From a phage, in sequence record PZ452594.1: DNA of 64,000 nucleotides, one strand, 5' to 3'. The position numbers and the translations under genes were made by a program. The notes under the pieces were generated by a model that worked only from the letters and a program-made list of their open reading frames with translations, was not told the origin of the DNA and made no database searches. Shown here piece after piece: positions 1-8,981 of this stretch. Within the stretch, counting starts at the first letter, position 1; every line of letters starts with the position of its first letter.

Positions 1-758
1 TCTTCGTCTAAAACAATATTAACTAATCTTTCATTAGCTTCTTCTATTTCCGATTTTAGCGTTCTAGCTTCTTTTGCCAAATCATCATACATATTCTGCA
101 AACGAGTAAGATTGTCACCCGTTAATTTTTTCTGGCGTTCAACGTTATCATTATATATTTTAATTTGTTGGATAATACTATCTTTTTTAACATCAAGCAC
201 TTGGTTTTGTGAATTTAATTCACGTATTAGTGCTTTATTAAGCTTATCCATTTCAGCTAATGTTCCTACCTCGAGCAGGTCTTCCACAAGCTTTCTTCGC
301 GCAGGGGTCGACAAACCCATGAAAGGGGTATACCCTGCTGTACCAAGGACAACAATCTGCTTGAAACTGGCATATGACATTCCGATAAGCTGTTCAAATT
401 CTGCTTGGAAATCTTTACTGCTGGCAGATTCATTAAGACGTGTACCGTTAACGGTGATTTCGAAAACGTTTGGTTTTTGTCCTCTTTTGATATAGTACTT
501 TTTCTCATCATATTCCATCCACAGTTCAACTAAAAGTTCTTTCTTATTTGTGCTGTTTATTAATTGACCTTTCTTTACATCACGAAATGGCTTACCAAAA
601 AGCCCAAATGTGATGGCTTCTAACATAGTAGACTTACCACCGCCATTTCGTCCAGTAATAAGAGTTTTTTGAACCTTATCTAATTGAATGTCAACTCCAT
701 TTTGACCAACTGACATTATATTTTTATATTTTACTCTATTAAGTTTAAATGATTTCAT
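1..758 (-). CDS. 46: Recombination endonuclease subunit gp46 (Rad50/SbcC-like ATPase), 5' portion; continues past window start
   Basis: Minus-strand ORF open to window edge; N-terminus MKSFKLNRVKYKN, Walker A GRNGGGKST; position next to gp47 as in T4. Confidence 0.85.
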   Translation of the reverse strand, partial: MKSFKLNRVKYKNIMSVGQNGVDIQLDKVQKTLITGRNGGGKSTMLEAITFGLFGKPFRDVKKGQLINSTNKKELLVELWMEYDEKKYYIKRGQKPNVFEITVNGTRLNESASSKDFQAEFEQLIGMSYASFKQIVVLGTAGYTPFMGLSTPARRKLVEDLLEVGTLAEMDKLNKALIRELNSQNQVLDVKKDSIIQQIKIYNDNVERQKKLTGDNLTRLQNMYDDLAKEARTLKSEIEEANERLVNIVLDE

Positions 759-773
759 TTTGTATCCAATTGT

Positions 774-1628
774 TCACAATGAAGAAAATTCTTTAACTAA
801 AGCCTGTAATGAAGCCTCTATTGGATATCCATTCTTAACTAACATTTTCCTAAACATTACATGTTTAGGACGATTATATGATATCCACAATTCATACAAT
901 TTATCTTTATTATCCCAATGATAGCCTTTTCGTCGAGATGCTATATGAGCTTTTCTAATCTCCGGATTTTTCCAACTAGCAGCTACTGAATTTGATATAG
1001 CTATTTTATATTCAGGTTTTGATAAAGCAGCACGAACAGCCTTTTGGTGTTTAATTTTATTTTCTTCGTTATTAAACCATTCCCTTGAAGCCATTGAAAT
1101 TTTTTGTTTTGTTTTAAAATTATTTAATCTTTCTTTATTATCTTTCCTATTTTTTGCTACTGAAAAATATTTTAATGCCCTTTCTCTAGCAGCATTTCTA
1201 TTTTGCGGATTTGAATAATACTGTTGAAGCCTTTTTGATATTGTGTCACTTACATCTTGTTTTATAAAACTATATTCAGCAGCTATTAAATCAACTTCGG
1301 CTAAAGATAAATTTTTATATGTTTTTCCTGACATCATTCTATTTAAAGCATTTAACATTTTTCCATTTTTACCTTTTGCTAATAAGAAGTGTGCTTTAAA
1401 ATGATTAAAATGACTTAAATTAACTAAATTCCATGTAGATTTTAAATATTCAGGAAATATTGATTTAGGAAGCACGTGGTGTGCTTCCGTTTTACCTGGA
1501 GTTTTAACAGTTGAATTCACAGAAATAAAATTAATGTAAGACTTGGCGTCTTCTTCACTCAACGCTAATTTTTCAACTAATTCCTTTATTAAAAATTCAT
1601 CATTAATGTCAAGTTTAAAATTCTTCAC
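774..1628 (-). CDS. Free-standing HNH homing endonuclease (Mob-like)
   Basis: 284-aa ORF with H-N-H motif EAHHVLPKS...NLVNLSHFNHFKAH; apparent GTG start with AAGGA SD; sits between genes 47 and 46. Confidence 0.65.
   Translation of the reverse strand: MKNFKLDINDEFLIKELVEKLALSEEDAKSYINFISVNSTVKTPGKTEAHHVLPKSIFPEYLKSTWNLVNLSHFNHFKAHFLLAKGKNGKMLNALNRMMSGKTYKNLSLAEVDLIAAEYSFIKQDVSDTISKRLQQYYSNPQNRNAARERALKYFSVAKNRKDNKERLNNFKTKQKISMASREWFNNEENKIKHQKAVRAALSKPEYKIAISNSVAASWKNPEIRKAHIASRRKGYHWDNKDKLYELWISYNRPKHVMFRKMLVKNGYPIEASLQALVKEFSSL
1593..1628 (-). repeat. Direct repeat copy 1 (GTGAAG-N12-GACATTAATGATGAATT), covers HNH start codons
   Basis: Read from sequence; matches copy at 1796-1831 in 23 of 36 positions incl. 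17-nt identical core. Confidence 0.7.
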
Positions 1629-1831
1629 AAAAGATTCCTTTTAATGTATCTTTTAGACCATTCTATCATATCATCATAATCTAAAAAGTATTCATCAAAT
1701 TCAGCCATGCAAACAACACCTTGTGCTGTTTTTGATGTAATATAAATTATTCCAACATATCTAGAATCTTCTTCGGTATAATCAATGTTTGCTATGAATT
1801 CATCATTAATGTCAAATGTCGAAAACTTCAC
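1625..1831 (-). CDS. Hypothetical small protein; N-terminus duplicates HNH N-terminus (KFSTFDINDEF); start uncertain
   Basis: ORF track 1625-1888; in-frame GTG at 1829-1831 mirrors HNH start; stop overlaps HNH GTG (GTGA). Confidence 0.3.
   Translation of the reverse strand: MKFSTFDINDEFIANIDYTEEDSRYVGIIYITSKTAQGVVCMAEFDEYFLDYDDMIEWSKRYIKRNLL
1796..1831 (-). repeat. Direct repeat copy 2
   Basis: See copy 1. Confidence 0.7.
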
Positions 1832-2075
1832 AGTATGCATCCTTAATACAAGATACAGCCATATCTCGTAATGATTTAGGTGTGTCATTATCTAAAATGT
1901 TGAAGTTAAAAGATACAGCCCAGTCAGTGCAGACCGTGACCTTTTTAATACAATTATCTTCAACCTCTAACGGTTCAAACCAATATTCAATAATTTCTTT
2001 ATGCCCAATATCATCTTTTACTTCGCATTCAAAATGCTGACTCATCATAACATTTTTAAATTCATCAAAAGTCAT
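1812..2075 (-). CDS. Hypothetical protein (87 aa)
   Basis: ORF start overlaps gp47 stop in ATGA arrangement (translational coupling). Confidence 0.45.
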   Translation of the reverse strand: MTFDEFKNVMMSQHFECEVKDDIGHKEIIEYWFEPLEVEDNCIKKVTVCTDWAVSFNFNILDNDTPKSLRDMAVSCIKDAYCEVFDI

Positions 2076-3091
2076 TGTGTTGCCTCTACATATAACTGAT
2101 TTGCATATTGAATAAGTGCTTCACGGTCAGAATCAGTGATGTCTGGAATTGCATTAATGTATTCTTCCATCAACGTCTGAAGCGATTGAACTTCAACTTC
2201 TTCACTGTCATCTGACTCGACAGAGTTATCAATCTTTGACACAACTCGTAACGAATGCACAACTTTTTCTAGTTCAGATTCGAACTTCGTCAGATTTTTG
2301 TCTACTTCAGTTACTATAACACGTACTGATAGATTTGTAAAATCTTTATAGTCAATTTTTCCTTTAAATGGATAATGAATTCTACGGTGCCAGGTAGTGT
2401 TGTTTGGAATAAATTCCATTCGTTCTGTTTCTGTATCAAACATCCAGAACCCGCGAGGGTCATTCTCGTCACCTGCTGTTAGTGTCCATGGTGTCCCAAT
2501 ATATCTGACGTTTGCAGCCTCAGAAATAGTATGGAAGTGACCAGACCACACTTCTTTATAAGTCTTAAGGAAATCAGGTTCAAGACCGTGAGATTTCATT
2601 CCTTTATAAAAATAAAATCCATTCAGTTCCCAGTGACCAACACAAAAAGAAGCAGATGAAGTTTTGATGTGTTCAAGAATTTCACCAGTATTTTCTTCGC
2701 ACATCCAAGGAATTAAATCAATCAAACATCCGTCAAAATCTACTGTAGTAGGCTTATCATATACTTTAACATTGGGATATTTAGCCAAAAGCTCAGTAGA
2801 GGCATTTGGAGTTAAAGTATTTTTAAAGTGCATATCATGGTTTCCTACAACAGTATGTAGGGTAATACCAGCATCATCAAGCATTTGAACTATTTCACGA
2901 GCAAACTCCATAGTTTTATGCGTGATTGCTTTTCGCACATCAAAAATATCGCCGTATTGAATCCAGGTAGTAATTCCATTTTTCTTAGAATATTCTATTG
3001 CTTGTTTAATTCCATCCAACTGAATAGATTGAACCCACTCATCATCGGCTTTAACGCCTAAATGCCAATCACCTAAATTTAAAATTTTCAT
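2072..3091 (-). CDS. 47: Recombination endonuclease subunit gp47 (Mre11-like phosphoesterase)
   Basis: 339 aa; phosphoesterase motifs GDWH, GDIFD, GNHD; T4 synteny. Confidence 0.9.
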   Translation of the reverse strand: MKILNLGDWHLGVKADDEWVQSIQLDGIKQAIEYSKKNGITTWIQYGDIFDVRKAITHKTMEFAREIVQMLDDAGITLHTVVGNHDMHFKNTLTPNASTELLAKYPNVKVYDKPTTVDFDGCLIDLIPWMCEENTGEILEHIKTSSASFCVGHWELNGFYFYKGMKSHGLEPDFLKTYKEVWSGHFHTISEAANVRYIGTPWTLTAGDENDPRGFWMFDTETERMEFIPNNTTWHRRIHYPFKGKIDYKDFTNLSVRVIVTEVDKNLTKFESELEKVVHSLRVVSKIDNSVESDDSEEVEVQSLQTLMEEYINAIPDITDSDREALIQYANQLYVEATQ

Positions 3092-3225
3092 ATATCAAGA
3101 ACCGTCATTGAAATGCAAAATAAAATTATTGAAATAAATCCATCTGGAGTGCTAAAGAACCCAATCCAACATGCTCTAGTGAATAGATAAAATGCAAGAA
3201 AAAGTATCACATATCCAAGAAATAT

Positions 3226-3262
3226 CATTATATCAAACTCCGTATAAAGCTAAAGGGCCGAA
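3226..3262 (-). promoter_or_regulatory. Putative MotA-dependent middle promoter upstream of gene 47
   Basis: Minus strand TAGCTTTA (mot-box-like) then 12 nt then TATAAT. Confidence 0.3.
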
Positions 3263-3270
3263 GCCCTTTA
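3251..3270 (-). terminator. C(UUCG)G-type hairpin at end of a-gt (weak terminator or RNA stabiliser)
   Basis: AAAGGGC-TTCG-GCCCTTT on minus strand overlapping a-gt stop; weak T tract. Confidence 0.3.
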
Positions 3271-4470
3271 TTTTGTAATAATGTCAAACTGTTCTTTAAA
3301 GCAGAAGCTTGAATCTTGATGCTGATACAAAAATTCATACGCTTTTTCTCGCTCACGGTCATAAAGAGCTCGGTCAGATGACAGTTCTTTAATACGCTCG
3401 AATGTTGATTCCATATCATTTTCATCAAACCAAATGATACCGCTATCATGCGAGGTCAAAGGAGTATTATCAACACGGAATTTTAAATTTTCGCCAGTAG
3501 ATTTCCAAAATACCGGAATTGTTCCACATGCACCAAGCTCGAGATGAGTATATTCTAAAGAACGTTGTAGATATTTTTTATCCAACTTACTCAACTGATA
3601 ACCAAATCCGGATTTACTCATGCGTTCAAGCATTTCGCTATTTACATAACGGTCAAGAATTTGCGTTGGCAAATTAGGAGCAATTTTAATTTGGTCTACT
3701 TGATGAAGACGATAATATTCATATGGAATTCCCTTTTCTTTAATAGGAATGAACGCTGGAGAACGTTCCAGACCTTCCATAATAGTACTTAGTCCTGCAG
3801 GTTTAAGATGTTTTTCGTGAAAATCAAACATCTGATAAAAACCTTTCCATGTAGTCGTACGACCAATCCAACGGTTAACATTCATGTTAATTTCAGAAAC
3901 ATCTTTCCAGTATGTTGATCGAACCTTCGCAATATCCATAGGAGGCTGAAAGTTGTATACGGTCGGTGCTTCTTCAATATCATCAAACAGAGAAACTGTT
4001 TCTGGATACCATTCTTTCATCAGAACTTTATTAAAATCGCCATTATCAGAATGACTAAAAATAACATCAGCTCGACGAACAGTTTCTTCTAATCCCAAAT
4101 TTCGGCGCAAAGAAAGAGAAGAATGGTCATGTTGATAAACTACAACACGAACCGAAGGTTTAATGTTATCAATAATTTTTTTATAGTTATTAATAGTGTC
4201 TTCTTCAACCGAAGTAGCAGGAACTGAATTGATAATTAGAATATCACAATCATTTACCAGCTTAAGTGTTTTATCGTATTCTTTTGCCAATAAAACCGGA
4301 ATTGAAAATGATTTATAATCATGCGCGCAATTACGAGTAAATGATTTATCTTTAGCATAAACCAAAGTTACTTCATGACCATTTTTAATAAACCAATCAC
4401 GTTGCTCAAGAGAAAATTTAGTTACACCGCAACCTTCAAGACCTCGAGCCATAAAAATACATACTTTCAT
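3268..4470 (-). CDS. a-gt: DNA alpha-glucosyltransferase
   Basis: 400-aa ORF at the T4 a-gt position between 55 and 47; length matches T4 AGT. Confidence 0.75.
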   Translation of the reverse strand: MKVCIFMARGLEGCGVTKFSLEQRDWFIKNGHEVTLVYAKDKSFTRNCAHDYKSFSIPVLLAKEYDKTLKLVNDCDILIINSVPATSVEEDTINNYKKIIDNIKPSVRVVVYQHDHSSLSLRRNLGLEETVRRADVIFSHSDNGDFNKVLMKEWYPETVSLFDDIEEAPTVYNFQPPMDIAKVRSTYWKDVSEINMNVNRWIGRTTTWKGFYQMFDFHEKHLKPAGLSTIMEGLERSPAFIPIKEKGIPYEYYRLHQVDQIKIAPNLPTQILDRYVNSEMLERMSKSGFGYQLSKLDKKYLQRSLEYTHLELGACGTIPVFWKSTGENLKFRVDNTPLTSHDSGIIWFDENDMESTFERIKELSSDRALYDREREKAYEFLYQHQDSSFCFKEQFDIITK

Positions 4471-4504
4471 TTAATATCCTCTTTGTTTTGGTTTATTTTA
4501 CCAA

Positions 4505-4540
4505 AAATTTATAAAGCAATATAGGAGCCGAAGCTCCTAT
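4505..4540 (-). terminator. Rho-independent terminator (UUCG hairpin + T tract)
   Basis: ATAGGAGC-TTCG-GCTCCTAT followed by ATTGCTTTATAAATTTTT on minus strand. Confidence 0.5.
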
Positions 4541-4713
4541 CCGCATAATACGCCATACAGAGGCTCATTAGAACTTTTAAATTTTATGCGCTTATATTTT
4601 ATAGTTCCTTCTGCTTTAGCTTTATCATGAGACTCTTTAAAGAGTCTCATCATTTCCTCTTTAGAGGAACGAATTTTATTATAATCTATTTCAGAAGTCT
4701 GGGTGTTCATCTT

Positions 4714-4920
4714 TCATAACTGCCACCATTTTTTGACTTGATAAGAATCAACCCACACTTTCATATTAGGGTCTGCTCTTACAATAGGAGGATTAACTTC
4801 TTTAATTGAACTATCATGGTATTCTTTTTCAGAAATTTTCACACAAAGATGACCATTCAAAGATTCAGTAAATCCTGCATTAATTTTAAGACGCTTGAAT
4901 TTTACGTGTGTAAGCATCAA
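4714..4920 (-). CDS. Hypothetical protein (68 aa)
   Basis: ORF in early small-gene cluster between 55 and a-gt. Confidence 0.4.
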   Translation of the reverse strand: MMLTHVKFKRLKINAGFTESLNGHLCVKISEKEYHDSSIKEVNPPIVRADPNMKVWVDSYQVKKWWQL

Positions 4921-5203
4921 TCATATCCTCAATTTGCGATCTAGTAGTCTTCCAAAGAATACTAATGAGTTCATCGTTATATGGCTGTTTTAGAATATCC
5001 CGACTTTTCTTGATAGCATATTCGTATTGAGCAAAATTATTATTTTCAGCTGCAATCTGAGCGTGCTTATAAAGACGATTCAGTTCGCGTTTGTTTTTAG
5101 ACAATAACTTATTTGCTTTTCTTTCTGCTTCAAGACGGTTCTTTTCTTCAATAGAAGAAATAAGCTTTTCCACTTCATCATTAATTTCGGGTTTATCAGT
5201 CAT
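4886..5203 (-). CDS. Hypothetical protein (105 aa, charged/coiled-coil)
   Basis: ORF, T4-like compact gene packing. Confidence 0.5.
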   Translation of the reverse strand: MTDKPEINDEVEKLISSIEEKNRLEAERKANKLLSKNKRELNRLYKHAQIAAENNNFAQYEYAIKKSRDILKQPYNDELISILWKTTRSQIEDMIDAYTRKIQAS

Positions 5204-5204
5204 A

Positions 5205-5423
5205 TTATTTCTCTAATATAAAATAAAAATCATCATCTGTTAAATGATACCGATAGTTTAATTCTACACCATTAGATTTAAAAGCGGTATCATACGGATT
5301 TTCTGGATCAATATCAATGTCAAGAGCTAAAACTTCCCTGAGATACATTTTAAGTAAATAGGGAATAGCTTCAACTTCAGGTATTTCTTCCAAGAATCCG
5401 GAGAGGTTAATCGTTAGCCTCAT
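5205..5423 (-). CDS. Hypothetical protein (72 aa)
   Basis: ORF immediately downstream of gene 55. Confidence 0.45.
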
Positions 5424-5964
5424 ATAAAAAATCCAAACTAGGAGAATCGTCTACAACACTTTTCTTTTCAGCCCCCGGTGTTCTATAGGTTGATTCTTCG
5501 TAATGCGTCATTTTATCATAGATGTCTTGAATAAAAGTTTCATCTACTAACGCAACCATATCGTCGTCACGACTGTCATAGACATTGTGAACGAAGTAAC
5601 TGTATTTCTTTGCAACTTCCTTACGTTCTTTTTTAATACGTTGGACGAATGCATTAAAACAAGCTTGAGTTATATATGCATGCGGGTTTTTATATTTCGT
5701 TTCATCAAAATTATGAAGCCCCTTAATAGAAGCTTCTATACCATCTGCAATCATTTCTTGTTTCCAAGATTGGGTGTATCCTGAAAAGTTGAAACGTTTA
5801 GATAAGCCTTCTGCAATAAGCATAATGGCTAATCCGATAGTATCATTCTGACGAACTACTTTATTTGGGTCTTTATTATTTGCTAATTCTGTTTTCCAAT
5901 CAATAATAGCTTGTAAAAGCTCTTTATTGTTTACGTAATTATATTTAGGCTTAGTTTCTGACAT
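5407..5964 (-). CDS. 55: Late-transcription sigma factor gp55
   Basis: 185 aa from ATG at 5962-5964 (track M1 is GTG); [17 protein letters not shown]; T4 synteny. Confidence 0.85.
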
Positions 5965-6042
5965 TTTCACCTCTTAGCTCAATTCATAGATCTATTATAT
6001 CATAATATTTGAAGATCTATCTTAAAGCATAGAGGATATCAG

Positions 6043-6312
6043 TTATCTAAGTAAACAGTATGCTTGGAACACTTTCTCCATCATCTTTTTAAATTCATGA
6101 ATATCTATATAATGACTAGTTAAATCAGCATGATATAAAAAGTCTAAAAACTTTTCATGTGTGCTAACATATTCACTTTCATTTAATTCAGAAACATGAC
6201 TTTCCCAATATCCAACACCAGTCTTATTTGGGAAAAATGAAATTTTCATGTATTGGTCAACATAGAAAATGCCATAATTTTCAATAGTAATAGAAATATT
6301 AATAAATTTCAT
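6043..6312 (-). CDS. Hypothetical protein (89 aa)
   Basis: ORF. Confidence 0.45.
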   Translation of the reverse strand: MKFINISITIENYGIFYVDQYMKISFFPNKTGVGYWESHVSELNESEYVSTHEKFLDFLYHADLTSHYIDIHEFKKMMEKVFQAYCLLR

Positions 6313-6524
6313 ACATTCATCAACTTAGCCGCTTCAAGAGCTGCATCTAGTGAATCAAATTGATCAACATATTCAATCAATTCGCCGTAATTGGCATATA
6401 ACCACCATTGGCTAAATTCATACTCAAGGATGAATCCGTTTCCTTCAATTTGAGTTAAACCAATGCCATTTGTATTTACTTCATATCCAGCAAGACGCAA
6501 ATCGTTAATAAGAGCTTCGTTCAT
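6309..6524 (-). CDS. Hypothetical protein (71 aa)
   Basis: ORF, 4-nt overlap with neighbour. Confidence 0.45.
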   Translation of the reverse strand: MNEALINDLRLAGYEVNTNGIGLTQIEGNGFILEYEFSQWWLYANYGELIEYVDQFDSLDAALEAAKLMNV

Positions 6525-6526
6525 AA

Positions 6527-6853
6527 TTATACCTTAGTAATTTTCAGGTCTGCAAATTTTTTCTTGCGTTGATTTTTCATGCGACGAATAGTTTTATCGG
6601 AAATTTCATGCTTTTGATAAGCTTTAGATTCTACACCAAAAGCTTTAACATCAAATTCTGACAAGATATATTGAACCAACAATTCACGGACAGTATTGCG
6701 TCCAATCTTCTGATCATTCTGTTTCATCGTCTGATGAAGCTCTTTTTCCCATTTATCCAAACTTTGAGGAGTTACAATATCGCCTTTTTCTAGCAAAGAA
6801 ACTACTTTATCATATGCGTAAGAATTAATGACGTTTTTAATTTGAATAGTCAT
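6527..6853 (-). CDS. Hypothetical protein (108 aa)
   Basis: ORF. Confidence 0.5.
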   Translation of the reverse strand: MTIQIKNVINSYAYDKVVSLLEKGDIVTPQSLDKWEKELHQTMKQNDQKIGRNTVRELLVQYILSEFDVKAFGVESKAYQKHEISDKTIRRMKNQRKKKFADLKITKV

Positions 6854-6883
6854 ACATTATCCTCAATTACGTTAAAATTTTAT

Positions 6884-6907
6884 TATCCAAAAAGGGCCGA
6901 AGCCCTT
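6884..6907 (-). terminator. Rho-independent terminator (UUCG hairpin)
   Basis: AAGGGC-TTCG-GCCCTT then TTTTTGG on minus strand. Confidence 0.5.
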
Positions 6908-7106
6908 AGCTAAACTTTTTGGCACCCTTCCAGCCTTCATACATCATTGCGGCTGATATTAATATTGCTCCTGAGCAACTTGAATATTTGTGATTCCAAA
7001 ACCAGTTTAGAAAAACTTCATCATCAATACCTTGAGCTATCATATTTTCAAAGAACTGACGACGAGCTTCGGCAATTCGCTGCGATAATTTAGATTCAGG
7101 ATTCAT
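6906..7106 (-). CDS. Hypothetical protein (66 aa)
   Basis: ORF. Confidence 0.45.
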   Translation of the reverse strand: MNPESKLSQRIAEARRQFFENMIAQGIDDEVFLNWFWNHKYSSCSGAILISAAMMYEGWKGAKKFS

Positions 7107-7322
7107 TTAAATTTCCCAATTACCATTTTCATCAATAAATTTAATCCAATCATTTACTGACCACTTGGTCGTATCGCCTTTTGGAGCAACATTTAAAGTG
7201 TATAATCCTTGCTTAAAAAGCATGCGTTTGATATTCATATTTTCCTCAGCTGTAACGATAGCACTCATTTGATTTACGTTTAGCAACTCGTTGAGAAGTA
7301 TTATAATCAAAATCATCGTCAA
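7107..7322 (-). CDS. Hypothetical protein; start uncertain (overlaps upstream ORF)
   Basis: ORF track; 77-nt overlap with 7246-7584 suggests internal start. Confidence 0.3.
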   Translation of the reverse strand: MTMILIIILLNELLNVNQMSAIVTAEENMNIKRMLFKQGLYTLNVAPKGDTTKWSVNDWIKFIDENGNWEI

Positions 7323-7539
7323 TATAAACTGATTTTTTCAACTTTCTTACTTCACCGCGTAATTGGCGATTTAGCTCATCTTTAACTTCTGAATCAATGC
7401 CTTTCATTCTACGCCATTTATCAGAGCGAAAAATGTTTTCAACCATATCTTTATGACTTACACCATCAGGAGCTTTACGCTTTCCGAAATAGTCATAATC
7501 ACGTACTTTTAAATCTTTACGACGATACGTTTTACCCAT
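7246..7539 (-). CDS. Hypothetical basic protein (about 97 aa)
   Basis: ORF; start moved to internal ATG adjacent to upstream stop. Confidence 0.4.
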   Translation of the reverse strand: MGKTYRRKDLKVRDYDYFGKRKAPDGVSHKDMVENIFRSDKWRRMKGIDSEVKDELNRQLRGEVRKLKKSVYIDDDFDYNTSQRVAKRKSNECYRYS

Positions 7540-7714
7540 GGAGTTTAATTTCCTTAGCAACTGAACTAAATACAGCACGATCACAAATCATGCGTTTATG
7601 TAACTTGAGTATAATATAGCAAACTTCAAAACTATTTACATGAGTAACACGAACAGCATTACCATTCACGAGATAATACTGTCCCTTTTTAATTTCTTTA
7701 TCAACCACAACCAT
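7532..7714 (-). CDS. Hypothetical protein (60 aa)
   Basis: ORF just downstream of early promoter. Confidence 0.35.
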   Translation of the reverse strand: MVVVDKEIKKGQYYLVNGNAVRVTHVNSFEVCYIILKLHKRMICDRAVFSSVAKEIKLHG

Positions 7715-7744
7715 ATCAATTCCTCAAAGGTAATTCATATGTTA

Positions 7745-7774
7745 ATAATATCATGGTTTGAACTTGTTGTAAAC
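7745..7774 (-). promoter_or_regulatory. T4-type early promoter
   Basis: Minus strand GTTTAC-N18-TATTAT. Confidence 0.45.
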
Positions 7775-7844
7775 AACTTTGTGAAAAATATTTTAGGGAA
7801 TGTTAAGAAAGGAACGATAGCTTAGAATGGTAATATACAGAATG

Positions 7845-7869
7845 TGAGAAAGAAAGGCCCAGAGGGCCC
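7845..7869 (-). terminator. Rho-independent terminator after nrdH
   Basis: GGCCC-TCT-GGGCC hairpin then TTTCTTTCT on minus strand. Confidence 0.5.
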
Positions 7870-7872
7870 GTC

Positions 7873-8181
7873 TTAATCTTCTATGATATCTCTATCATAT
7901 CCAAGTGAAATGAGAGTTTCTTTGAAGTGTTTAATGTTCTTTTGTCTAGAATCATTAATGAAAATGACCGGATAACGAATGTTAAGAGATGTGAATCCAG
8001 CGCGTTTAGCAAGAGATACAATCAGTGGACGATCATACTCAATCTTACCGTTATTTGTAAGAACTTTATAGAAAGTAAAAGGAGCATTGAGCTCCTTTAG
8101 AAGTTTTGTAACTGATTGACATCCAGGACAACGACCTACTTCATCTGGAATTCCATAGACTTCAATCTTATTTTGTTTCAC
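7873..8181 (-). CDS. nrdH: Glutaredoxin-like protein NrdH
   Basis: 102 aa with CPGC redox motif; adjacent to nrdG/nrdD. Confidence 0.7.
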   Translation of the reverse strand: MKQNKIEVYGIPDEVGRCPGCQSVTKLLKELNAPFTFYKVLTNNGKIEYDRPLIVSLAKRAGFTSLNIRYPVIFINDSRQKNIKHFKETLISLGYDRDIIED

Positions 8182-8183
8182 AA

Positions 8184-8396
8184 CTATTCCTTACTAAGAG
8201 CAGCATTCAGCTTGTTAGTAATTTTATCTAGACGCTCATTGAATTCGCTAGAAGATAGTCCTTTTTCTGGAGAAATCAAACTAATCACGAAAAATATAGC
8301 AATAAAAGGAATAAGGAAAATAGCTCCAACTGCCATAAACAAAAAGAATGTTACGGTTGTAAGAAAATCAGCTAAACCTTTACGAAATTTATACAT
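8184..8396 (-). CDS. Small membrane protein (about 70 aa)
   Basis: Hydrophobic segment FFLFMAVGAIFLIPFIAIFFVISLI; track M1 is TTG, ATG at 8394-8396. Confidence 0.45.
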   Translation of the reverse strand: MYKFRKGLADFLTTVTFFLFMAVGAIFLIPFIAIFFVISLISPEKGLSSSEFNERLDKITNKLNAALSKE

Positions 8397-8510
8397 ATTT
8401 ACCCTTAATTGATTAACCAAGCATTGATAAGCACTAAACTATACTGCGAATAAAATTCTGGACCAAAATGAAAAATCATATCATTTATAGTATCCATAAT
8501 ATAATTCAAT

Positions 8511-8981
8511 TTAATCATGTTTCCACACCCCATCGGTATTTGACCAAAGTCGCTGATTATCTGATCCTCGCCACAGCTTTTTAGTCGGAAGATTTTTCTC
8601 ATACTTCCCATCAATAATAACATCAACATATTTAAGCATTTCTAGTTGTTTAATATCTTCAAATTTATATCCTGTCCACAACCAAATGCTTTTATTGGGA
8701 TAAAGATTTTTTACTGTTTGAACCACAGAGTGAATCACGTCTCTGTTATCAGGATAAAGAGGGTCACCTCCGGTTATAGTTAATCCTTCTATATAATCAT
8801 TATTCAAACATTCAATCAATTGTTCTAGTGTTTCACCAGTAAATGGAATACCATTTCTAGCATTCCATGTTGATTTATTATAACACCCTTCGCATTTATG
8901 CAAACAACCTGTAACGAAAAGAACGACCCTGCAACCAGGGCCATTAACAAAATCGCAAGGATAAAATCTATCATAATTCAT
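8511..8981 (-). CDS. nrdG: Anaerobic ribonucleotide reductase activating protein (radical SAM)
   Basis: 156 aa; CLHKCEGC radical-SAM cluster motif. Confidence 0.9.
   Translation of the reverse strand: MNYDRFYPCDFVNGPGCRVVLFVTGCLHKCEGCYNKSTWNARNGIPFTGETLEQLIECLNNDYIEGLTITGGDPLYPDNRDVIHSVVQTVKNLYPNKSIWLWTGYKFEDIKQLEMLKYVDVIIDGKYEKNLPTKKLWRGSDNQRLWSNTDGVWKHD

Noticed and set aside
112-495. Plus-strand ORF (127 aa) and minus-strand alternate-frame ORF 266-529 at the window start
   Set aside because: Both overlap the well-supported gp46 coding frame on the minus strand; no start signals and low-complexity translation, so judged spurious.
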